This document shows positions 28,601 through 40,600 of a stretch of DNA of 64,000 bases, piece after piece. The position numbers and the translations under genes were made by a program. The stretch covers positions 1 to 64,000 of the forward strand of contig JAQGDQ010000660.1 of NCBI GenBank assembly GCA_030141605.1, given 5' to 3'. Source of the DNA: Tubiluchus corallicola. Lineage: Eukaryota; Animalia; Priapulida. Under the pieces are notes generated by a model. It saw only the letters and a list, made by a program, of their open reading frames with translations, had not been told where the DNA came from and did not search any database. Each line of letters starts with the position of its first letter. The first letter of the stretch is position 1.

Positions 28601-31600
28601 GGAAACGCAGACTTTAGTTTGGAGGCTTATTTAACTGCAGGAATACAGAAAAATCCATGTCTTCTCTCCCTGCGTCTGCCAACTGGCAGGTATGGCAGAA
28701 CTTAGAATCCCTTGCGCTCAACCTTTTTCGCGGCAGAGGTTGTAACTCATTCCTACATGCATTTGGCTTAACTGACAATAAGTATTGCAAATGTATTACA
28801 GCTGTACAAATGGCCAAACACTTAGTATTTGATTGCCCTTCGATTTTGTACCATGCTAAATCTTTCATATTTAATGCTTTACCTTCACAAATTTAGAACA
28901 CCTGTATATCTCCACATGCAGCCATCATTGATATTGAAAAAAAATCCCAGTTAAAAATTAGTATTGTACAACATTTAATATATTTTAGCAACATTTTCAA
29001 AATTATCAGACAATAATCCAATAAGCTTCAAAGTTCAAAGTGTATTCATTCGTATATTCATTGTGTATCAGTTTTGTATGTGTTTTTGGGTATATATATG
29101 TGCGTATGGGTTTATACAAATGGACAAAAGAAAATCATGTTAATTATTCTAAATTTAAATTTATGTTGTATATTTATCCTAATGTCATCATACTTTTTTA
29201 GTTTTGGATAGTGCTGCCGCCTTCAGGTGCTCTTGCTAAAATTGTTGAAGCTTTTACTGTTTAAATTTTCATTGGCTTCTACAGTCTTTATGAATGCATA
29301 ATCTCTAAACCTGTTTTCACACCTAAATGATTTCACTTGTAGTTCTGGTCACTTGGTTTTCTGATTTTCAACATGACACTACATCACTGTTAATGTAGAC
29401 ATTTCAGAATAAAATCTTGAAACTAAATTTCAAGTTTTTTGGTTTCTTCAAACCAAAAGTTTGGTAGCAGAGAGTAGTTTTTGTGACCATGCCTACAACA
29501 GGACAAAAAGATGCAGTTGATACTTCGTCAAAAGATGGTGAAGAAAGCAAAAACAGTGAAGCAAGTGGAGGACAGTCCAGTGAAAGGATTGGTGACCGAG
29601 TCAAAGCCTTGAAAAAGGAAAAATGGCTGCAAAACAACACTTTACAAAGCAGATCAACCAGTTTGGAGTCATTCTACGGGAACAGGAGGATTTACAGTTA
29701 ATAAAACAGCATTGGGAGCAGATGGATCTGATACAAGTAAGAACTACTGACATTATTAGAGAGTTGCATGAATATTACTGCACGCTGGATGATGTTGATA
29801 TGATTGAGACAATGGAACAAGAAATGGAAAAGCTAAACGAGATTTTTGAAAAAGCATCAAATGATTATCAACAGAAGTTGAAAATGATTAATGGTAATAA
29901 AAAACAATCAGTGCAGTTACACTCGTCTGCTGTCAGTCAAGAGCCGGAGGAACCATCCATTGGTAGGGATTTGTGGAAGCAATTGAAAAGAGTTAGCATT
30001 CCAATGTTTTCCGGAGATGTGAAAGAATATGAGAACTGGAAAGCTGCATTCAATGCCTGTGTAAATGATGCACTTGCAACAAAGGAATACAAATTGCTTC
30101 AGCTTAGGCAATATTTATCGGGTGTGGCACTGCAAGCAATTTCTGATCTGGGACATTCAACTATGCCGTACGATGCTGCGTTACAGCGATTAGAGCGAAA
30201 GTTTGGAGGAAAATCGAGACAGATAGCACTACAATTTCAGGAATTGCAAAGTTTCAAACCAGTGCGAGCTAACAACCCAGATGATCTTGGTAAATTTGCT
30301 GATTTGCTCGACATTGCAATAATTAACATCAAGGAGTTTGGACTATAAAATGAGTTAAATAGCCAAATGTTCTACAGCATGCTACTGGAGAAGTTAACAG
30401 AGCAAATGGTGAAGGATTACAAATGTTGGATTTTAGAAAATAAGAAAGAAGATTCTGTCATGGTTCTCAAAGAGCGGATTGTGCAAGAAGCAGAATGCAG
30501 AACACAGGCTTTTGAGATTGTCCACGGAGTTGGAAGTCCAGCACAGAATGAGAAACTGAAATGGAAAAACAAAACATTTTTTGCAAAGCAGGGAGGCACT
30601 AATCAATCAAAACAGCCACATGCAATGCGAAAGACACCTGGTCGAAGATGTGCATTCTGCACAGAAGACCACCCTATTTGGTTTTGCCAGAAGTTCAAGG
30701 ATTTCGACATGGATGGGAGATGGAACGCTGTCACAAAACTCAAGCTGACCTTCCAATGTCTGGGCGATGACCACCAAGCTCGCCGATGTTATAGAATGCG
30801 AAGTTGTGGAATAAATTCATGCACACAGAATCACAACAGGCTTCTTCATCAAACATATCCTAAATCGAGTAGCATGCCAAAAGCCATTGTAGAGCAAAGG
30901 AGGCAAGAGGGGGAGACAACATCCACAGGTGCTGAAGTACAGCTGACTACCATGACGGTAAACGGTGGAAACTCATCAATGATCGCCATGAGGACAGTTC
31001 CTGTAATCCTGAAAAATGGTACAAGACGTTTCCAGGTTAATGCACTTCTTGATGATGGCAGCACATCAACACAAGTGAATTCATCAGTAGCAGCTGAACT
31101 TGGTTTACAAGGGACAATCGAAGAAATTTCTGTCAGCGTTTTGAATGGGAATGTGACAAAATTCAAGACTATGCCAGTTCACATGGGATTGGAAAATGTA
31201 GAGAGTACCCTGGACATGATGATAACTGCAAAGGCAGTAGACAGTGTTACTGGAAACCTGAAAGCGTACGACTGGAATCACCTTGCTAACCAATGGTTTC
31301 ACCTTAGAAACATTAATTTTCCAAAACTAAGCCGCCCTTTGAAAGTCGATATGCTGATTGGTTTGGACTACCTATTGTTACACAAATCACTAGGAGAAGT
31401 GGCTGGAAGATCCAATGAAGAGCCGATTGCACGATTGACACCACTTGGCTGGACATGTGTAGGGCAGACAAAAGAGAAAATAAGAGATGCTTACACCCAT
31501 TTTGCGATGTGTGTCCTAAACAGAGAAGAAACTTTAAACAGAGGAATTAACGGAACACTTCGACATTTCTGGGAGTATGAAAAATTTTTTCTCGAAGAAA

Positions 31601-34600
31601 AGGGTCAGCCAATCAGCATTGAAGATGCATTGGTCAAAAAGAAAACTTTGGAAACACTGAAATATGTTGATGAACGTTATGAAGTACAAATTCCGTGGAA
31701 AGATGGAGGTGTAAAACTACCAGACAACAAAGGGATGGCAATGAAGCGCTTGATCAACACAGAAAAGAAGTTAATAAAGAACCCGGAAATTGCAAAGCAG
31801 TACTGTGACACAATAGAGCAATATTTGGAGAAAGAGTATATACGAAAAGTGGCACCAGGTGAGTTAGCAGCAGTTCCCAAATGGTATCTTCCACATTTTG
31901 CAGTGGTGCGTCATGATCGATCAACTACAAAATGCCGAATAGTCTTTGACGGCTCTGCCAAATGTGACAGAGTTTCCTTGAATGATACCGTGCATCAAGG
32001 ACCAAAATTGCAGCAGGACCTGAATAGCGTTCTACTTCGATTTCGGAAGGAACCAATTGCCCTGGTCTGTGACATTGCTGAAATGTACCTTCGCATAGGA
32101 ATAGCTGAAGAAGGCAAACCTTTTCATCATTTCCTCTGGAGAAATATTGACACCACGAGGCAACCAGATGAATATGAGTTTTGTCGCATAGTTTTTGGAG
32201 AAAATGCATCACCGTTTTTAGCTCAACTTGTCACACAGGAACATGCAAGAAAGAATCAAGAGAAATTTCCAATGGCTGCAGAGACTGTGCTGCATTCAAC
32301 ATACATGGATGACAGCATGGATTCTATTCCTACGGTTGAAGATGGAAAGACTTTGTACCATGAACTGTCAGAACTCTGTGCGCTAGCTGGCATGTATGCA
32401 AGAAAATGGTTGTCGAACTCATCAGAAGTCTTAGCAGAAATACCAGTGGAACAACGCCTGCAAGAAATAGATTTAGAACATGAGCTGCGAACAACCAAAA
32501 CTTTGGGTGTTATTTGGAGAGCAAATTCAGATGTTTTTGCATTTCACATCAACATGCCACCACTCGAATTCAAGATGACAAAGAAATGTTCTGAGAAAAC
32601 TAGCAACAATTTTTGACCCTGCTGGATTTATTTCTCCATTTGTAGTCCGTGGGAAGATATTACTGCAAGAAATTTGGACAGCAGGCTTTGGCTGGGATGA
32701 CACAATAAATGCTTGTTTGGAGACAAAAATTTGGCAATAGTTATTGGAGTTAGGAAAGCTGGAGCTGCTTACAATTCCACGTTGTCTGCGGATGGATCAG
32801 ACTCAAATAGTTGTCTGTATGGACATCCATACTTTTGTTGATGCTTCACAACAAGCTTATGCTTGCGCTGTTTATGCTCGAACATCGTACATCAATGGCA
32901 CTGTAGACACCGGGCTAGTAGCATCAAAAACACGAGTTGCTCCACTGAAAGTCGTCAGTGTACCAAGATTGGAGCTAATGGCAGCTGTGCTTCGCTTACA
33001 ACTTAGCTTGTGAACCACAACAACACTGCAAATTTCTATTACCAAGGTGACATTTTGGTCAGACAGCATGGATGTGTTATGGTGGATACATGGAAGAAGC
33101 GGAGCATACAAGCCATTTGTAGCCAACAGGATTGGAAATATACAAAGTCACACGGATCCCGAACAATGGAGGCATGTGCCAACGAAAGAAAATCCTGCTG
33201 ATTTAGCTTCACGTGGTGCAACTGTAGACAAAATTGCAGAGAACTCAATTTGGTTAAAAGGACCAGCATTTCTCAAAAAAGATCCTGCATCGTGGCCGGC
33301 AATGATCGTTAGAAAGCAGCAATCAGCCACAGATGAGATGAAGAAAACTGTGGTTACGACGCAATATGCAGAAGACAACATTTGCTGAAGAATACTTAAA
33401 GTTGAAAAGTGGAAAGCAGTTACAGCCATCAAGCAAAGTATTGCGGCTAAACCCCAAAACTGATGAAGATGGTCTCCTGCGATGTAATGGACGTCTGGAA
33501 CACGCCAAATTTCTATCGTATGACACACGGTACCCCATAATCTTACCACGGAAAAACTGGGTGCCACATTTGATTGTGAAGCACCATCATGACAAAGGCA
33601 AACATGTTGCTGGAATTAACCAGTCATTGTGTTCCTTGTCAAGCAAATTCTGGGTTATGGCTGGTCGAGAAGAGTCGCGACTGTGAAAAGTCTTGTCTTC
33701 AGTGCCGACTACGGAAGGCTAAAGCTGCAACACAAATTATGGCACCATTACCTCAACACTGCATTGCACCTTCAATGAGAGCCTTTACGAGAACGGCTGT
33801 GGACTTTGCTGGTCCATTCTTCACAAAGCAAGGACGTGGAAAAGCTCGCTTGAAAAGATACTTATGCCTTTTCACTTGTACTGCTACAAGAGCTGTACAT
33901 TTGGAAGTAGCTTACGGATTAGACACGGATTCATTCCTAAATGCTTTCCACATGTTCACAAATCGTCGAGGGATGCCACAGCAAATGATCTCCGATAATG
34001 GAACTAATTTTGTTGGCTCAGATCGAGAGCTAAGAGAACTAGTAAATGAGTTTAACCAAGGAAAAATCACCAAACAGGAGTGGAGTGGCTGTTTATTCCA
34101 CCAATGGCACCTCACTTTGGTGGAGTCCACGAATCAATGATCAAGTCTGCAAAGAAAGCCATCACTGCAATTCTAGGCAATGCTGACATAACAGACGAGG
34201 AACTAACTACTGCCTTCACTGGAGCAGAGGCACTCATTAACTCGAGGCCACTAACATACCAATCAGCTGACGTACAGGATACCATTCCTTTAACCCCAAA
34301 TCATTTTCTGTTTGGTCAAATGGGCGGGCAGTTTGCCCCGGAAGCACTGGACTCAACTGCATACCATCCTAGGAAAAGATGGAGACGAGTGCAAGAGTTA
34401 GTCCATCATTTTTGGAGGAGATGGTTAAAAGAATGGTTACCAGAACTAAACCCAAGAAACAAATGGCGCCGTCAACACTCCGAGGTCTCAGTTGGCGATG
34501 CGGTTTTAGTTGTAGATCCAGCAACTACTAGAGGAAACTGGCCTCTTGGGCAAATCGTCAAAACCTATCCAGGGCAAGATGGTCATGTAAGAGTCGCAAA

Positions 34601-37600
34601 AATTCAAGTTGGCAATCAACAAATGACGAGACCAATTTCCAAAATCTGCATCCTGGAATCGTGTGGTGATGGTTGACACATCACGAGGGGGAGGATGGAC
34701 AAAAGAAAATCATTTTAATTATTCTAAATTTAAATTTATGTTGTATATTTATCCTAATGTCATCATACTTTTTTAGTTTTGGATAGTGCTGCTACCTTCA
34801 GGTGCTCTTGTTAAAATTGTTGAAGCTTTCTCTTTACTGTTTAAATTTTAATTGGCTTCTACAGTCTTTATGAATGCATAATCTCTAAACCTGTTTTCAC
34901 ACCTAAATGATTTCACTTGTAGTTCTGGTCACTTGGTTTTCTGATGTTCAACATGACACTACTTCACTGTTAATGTAGACATTTCAGAATAAAATCTTAA
35001 AACTAAATTTCAAGTTTTTTTGGTTTCTTCAAACCACATATATGTATAAAAGAGCTTTTAATATGTAGTGTATCTTTATACTCTTACCCTGCAAATGAAG
35101 GGTTTTTATTTTATTTTGAAAATAAACAAGATCTAATAATAATATTATTATTTGTTGCGTGTAGGATGGAAAGATGCAGGTTATAATTTCAGAGGTTGCT
35201 GGGAAGGTCACTCAAAACCCTTCAAAGTCAAGACTGTGTCTTCAGCAGATAATTGTGTTTTTGAGTGCAGAAAACACTATTACAATGAAAGACAAGTGCT
35301 AAGCCTTCCGGGGGAATTTCCTAATACGGATCCTGCTGTTCTAAAGCCAATTTCACATTATTTTGCATTTCTTGGAAAGTATGGCTATGAGGATATGTGC
35401 TACTGTGCTGAATCCAAAGACTGGTGGCTAGTGAACCGCTACAAAGCTAAGGGACCATGTTCAAAATGTCCTGATGGCAGTAGCTTCTGTGGTGGATCGG
35501 AATTCAATACTTATTCATCATATTCATCATACGACACAGGAGGTAGCTAATTATTGTACCTATATCCTTTTTTGTAATTAAGATGTATGCTGCTGATTTC
35601 AGCCAATGTCAGTAATTGTATATTTTATGTATGTAGTGTAGTTTATTTATTTGAATTTGGCTATATAGTCAAAGCCACAAAGCTATCTATACATTTTTTG
35701 GTAAGTGAATGCATTTTGCCATTCAAGTCAAATTAAATTGAGTTAATCAGAGAAGCCAGTAAGCAAGTAACTTGAGATTTATAGTCAAACTAGTAAATCT
35801 GTATTTGGTGAAATCAGCTCATCAACCATTGGATGGTTTTTAAACGGCTGTTAGTTTAATCAATTCCAGATTTGAACTTAAAATAGCAGATTGAAAATGG
35901 ACTAAACCATTTTCACTGCCACTGAGGTACATGTTCTTTTTTATGCATGGCAAAAAATATAAATTTAAATTTAATTTTCACTAATGATAGTCATGCACTC
36001 AGGCAGTTAAAAGTCAGAAATTATCAACATACAAAATTAGCAACATTGCACTAATAATTTTCCAAATTTTAGTGCAGTAAGCTGTAGGTGCTTAATAAAT
36101 GAATACAGAACAACAAAACTAATTTATGGTTAGCTGTTTTTATGGTTTTGAATAGGGAAGCTAATTTCACCTTGGCTAATTCTATAGCTTCACCTTCACA
36201 GTTGATCGACTTTCATGAGCATGGTCACACATACATACATATGAAGTCCAGTTTTGTCTTTTTTCTTGACAGTTTTATTAGACGTTATGCATCCATCACA
36301 ACATGCTAATTTAAATCTGTCTTTGTCATTTGTTTGTTGCTATATTTATTAGTTTGGAGGACAAAACTATTCGGCACCATTAAACCCAGCCAACTCAAAA
36401 ACGTGTGCAAATTCATGCATTTACAATTATGATTCTTTTACTGCTGAACTCGTGCAGGATGTTTTCACAATTTTGCCAATGTAATGTTTCAAAATTAAGA
36501 AAATTAAAATTACTTAATTACAAAATTAAAAGTTAAGTAATTTTTTCAGTTGCTGTCACGTTTTTCTATTCTCTGCAAAAATAGGTTTTTACCTTTTTTG
36601 CCTGTTCTGGCAAATTTACCTCTTGCATGTTAATGCCAGCATTGACACCAGAGGCGCACGTTTGTGATGGCTATGACCAATTCCAATGTCAGCACTATTT
36701 TTTAGATTTTGCTTAAGTTATATTAAGAGAAAAATAACCCATTAATATTCTGTCAATTGGCATTAAAGTTTTAGCTGCAACAGAATGTTGGTCCGCAAAT
36801 AATCGTAATGCTTTGAAAACTAGCATCATTGTTTTATTGTCTCAAATGACTTGCAACTTTACAACATTTAACCAAACTCTGAATATACCTGTGCTTGTGA
36901 GTTAGCACACAATGAACATGTTACTGATACGTGATAATGTACTTTGATACACTCTGCTGTTTATTAGCTGGAAAAATAAATTTTCTCCATAAATCTTCTT
37001 TATTCTCATTCGAAAAAATATTTTTAGAAAAGTGCAAAGTATATTGCAGTGTAACAGTTTGTATAATGAATAAAGTTAAAGATTTTGTTGTGTCGTCAAC
37101 TTATGAAAATTTGAACGAAAATGAGAAGTTATGAGAAGTTGAACGAGACGAAGTTGAACATGAAATATAATGTTGCATTAATAAAACTTTTATATCTAGG
37201 TACATAAATTTTATTTCTGTGATCTGGAATCCTAAAGCTCTAATTTTGTGATTGTTTTGTCATTATGATAATGATACAATCATTATTTTCAGAAAAAAAT
37301 TTTGCCTATCAAGGATGTTACCAATACATTCAACCAAGTATATACTTCCCTCATGATGAGCCTGTGAGTGGAAATCCGAACTCATATGATCCCCTTTGCA
37401 GGTGGAAATGTCTTGATGCCCATTATCTTTTTAGCGGACTGTTTGTTAATAGCAACGGCTCCCCAATATGCAAGTGCGGTAATGATTACCCGCACGCATA
37501 TTTTTCCACAAACTGTCAGATACAGTGTGTTGCTAATTCCATTTGTGATTTTACTCACCTTGGCATTCATATTTACAGCACCTTGGGTAAGTGCAAATTT

Positions 37601-40600
37601 ATAATTAGTTTTTTAACAATTTTTTTAAATCTTTACATTTGTTACTGTATGCTGTTACAATAAGGTGTCAACTAGATTTAGACATAGTTTGTTCTTTATG
37701 CACATAGAATTATAAAATCTTAAAAATGGTTTCGTTAATGGTGTATATGTTTCATTGCCATATAGAAATTTAATTGTATCCTGTTGACTCTATTGTGTAA
37801 TGTGCATGCTGGTGGGATAAATGTTTTCCTGTGTCATTCTGTATATGCACTCTTGGAAGAAGAAATTGCATTCCTATTTTGCCGTTAGTTCTTGTGGGTG
37901 ATAGTAAGGAAAATTATTTTTATCAGTTTGATGAGATATTTTAAGCACATGCATTCTCTGCAGCTGGCTTGCTTCCTGATTTTTTTCCATCAGGAGTCAA
38001 AGATGAATAACCTGAATTAATTGTCAATTTCTTGCCTGAACTGCAATAAACTGGTGATGGAGTTTTGGCACAGTGATTAAGTACATATAGTTTGTGTGAG
38101 TGTAGGTTAGATAAGAGGAGGTTGCATATGCATCGGAACACGGTTAAGACACCTCTATCAGTTCAGTGGCTTATTTGGTAGGGACTTCCTTAATAATGAG
38201 CCAGACACTAATCCCACCAAAACATGTAGTTGAATAGTCGGATATAAAAAATAGCCCTCTAAAAAACCTTTTAAATTGTACGTGATTGGCTTTAAAGCAT
38301 ATTCCAACCATGTTATAACAATGGATCTGAACCTAGAAAATAGCAAGGCGGTAGTGATGGTGTATTTGCCGACTACAGATTACGATGATGAGTATGTGGA
38401 TGAAGTGTACCATGATATCCGAACTGCCCCTTCAAGATAGTAAATCTGAGTATCAGATACTGATGGGCGACTTTAACGGTCGAATTGGAGTAGCATTACC
38501 TAATGAGCAACACACATGCGTTGGAAAATTTAGAGATGGTATTCCGAATGATTGTGGCCAAAAAGAAGCTTTTCTTGGCACCTTAACAAACATGGGTGTC
38601 AACGAGATCTACATTGAGGAATATATATACACAAACGCAACAGCAAAAATCCATATGGAAGACGAGGTCTCATCAACCATTCCAATTTGGAGAGGAGTCA
38701 GACAGGGAGATCCTATATCTCCAAAATTTTTCACGGCTGCATTAGAAGAAATGCTTTCAAAATTAAATGTCGATGACTTTTTTATAGTAGTTGACGGTGA
38801 GAGCATCAGCAATCTCCGCTTTGCAGATGATGTCGCCTTATTCGCAAATGATCTGAATAATTTCGAGGAACAGTTGAACGATTTAGACGAGCAGTGCCGA
38901 GGAATTGGCCTTAAATGCATCGAGGAAAAACAAGGGTAATGGCCAATTATCCCACTAGAGAAAAGGTTAAACATCGGACAAGACGAGATACAACACTTGG
39001 AGAGTTATAAATATTTAGGGCAGGAAATCAGAATGGAACATCAGATGGACCACGAGATAACTAACAGAGTGAATGCTGGTCGGGCTTTATACTCAAAGAT
39101 ATTATATTGAATAGATGCATTCCAACTTGTCTAAAAAGAAAGATTTGGAATCAGTGTATATTGCCGGTGGTGCAATATAGCGGTCAAACTTGGTATTTGA
39201 CGGAGTTGCAGAAAAAGAGGTTATGGACATTTCAAAGAGCGGTCGAGCGTATAATGGTGAATGTTTTGTTGAAATCGTGATTTCAGGATTAATCGTGAAG
39301 AAATTCGAAAGCGAACAAGAGTTCCCTTATTAGCTTCCTACCAATAATCAGTATGGTGTTGTGAACCATACTGAATGAGTTTTTGTTTTTTATCTTAGCA
39401 CACTTCTTACTGATATACATTATAGCTTTCGCTCTTTGCCTTAAAGTGCCTTGGTCAAGTTAGTTCAATAGCTTCAGTGAAAATGTGTGGTGCTTGTATT
39501 GTGTTTAAAAATATCCAACTGCATTCAAAATCTGGGCTAGTGGTGCCCAAACAGGGCACATTCTTAAATGTAATATAGCATTATAAATCCTGGTTTTTAC
39601 CTGCACAATTCTCTGCCGTCTTCGTGAAACCAATTAACAAAAATGGTTTTTAGTTAATTATTAACATTGTTATTATTATTGAAATAACTGGATAAAATTA
39701 CTTACAATAAAACAATTGAAATTAATTTTTGCATGGAACATTAATCTTGTTACGACGCAAATAAAGTAATAAAGCATGTTGAAAGCAGAAATTATTATAA
39801 TTATCACACTACACAAGCAATAAACAATATATCAGTAGCAGTTATAAACTGCAGGTACATTGGTGAAAAATCAAAAAGGCACAAAGTTTGCCCACTTACA
39901 CACTTACCAGTCTATCAGTCTCCAATGCACTAATATCTGCACCGCCCTTATCTCTGTAAGTAGTCGATTTTATATAATTTCAGAAAATTCCAGAATGTTA
40001 CTGAAAGTCTCTATTGAATTTAGATTATTCCAGACAATTCTACTTTGTTATGTGTGCAAACACCTGGAACTTTTGAGAAATTACACAATTGTTCTAGATG
40101 CCACCCACAACACGTGGATGCATGACGCACTCAGTAGCAAGGCGACTGCAACCACACTTACTTCAAGAAAAATGTGCAACACACAACAGTTAACTCCTAT
40201 TACTAGCAAATTAGTTATAAAAATTCTCTTTTACTGGACTTGTGTATTCAGTCATGTATTTTTCTTTCTGCTGTAGCCGTATACCCTGAGTTCACATCGA
40301 CTCCCAACAAGAGAAGTAACTAAAGCAGTAATTAAGATGAAATTCAGAACCAGTTCCCCAGTTACCGCCCATCTAGTTAACACCATAATCAAGTATATGA
40401 ATCATGGCCAGTTAGCTTGTACACTGTGATGTTATTAATGCTAAAGAATTTATATTGTCATCGTTTAATTATTTTTGTAAAAATATTTCTGCTCAAAATA
40501 TATCGTGCTGTTGTTTATACAAATCTCCCATGCATATAACAAACGATAGTAAATCTGTCTCACCACCTTCTTTTCTGTCGTAATTTTCAGGTTTTGATCT

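Larger units (their letters stand above)
29121..35036 (+). mobile_element. BEL/Pao LTR retrotransposon, near full length, decayed
   Basis: Paired LTRs, PBS and PPT present. Gag (FSGD...W, Cys/His knuckles [13 protein letters not shown]), protease LLDDGS, RT YLPH/DIAEMY/YMDD, RNase [11 protein letters not shown], integrase SDNGTNF and FWRRWLKEW, in PR-RT-RH-IN order. Confidence 0.95.

Noticed and set aside
25219-34130. Minus-strand ORFs overlapping the LINE and BEL coding regions
   Set aside because: Antisense shadows of + strand transposon ORFs with no independent motifs.
39748-40308. Possible solo LTR (TGTT...AACA)
   Set aside because: No matching target-site duplication and no second copy in the window.
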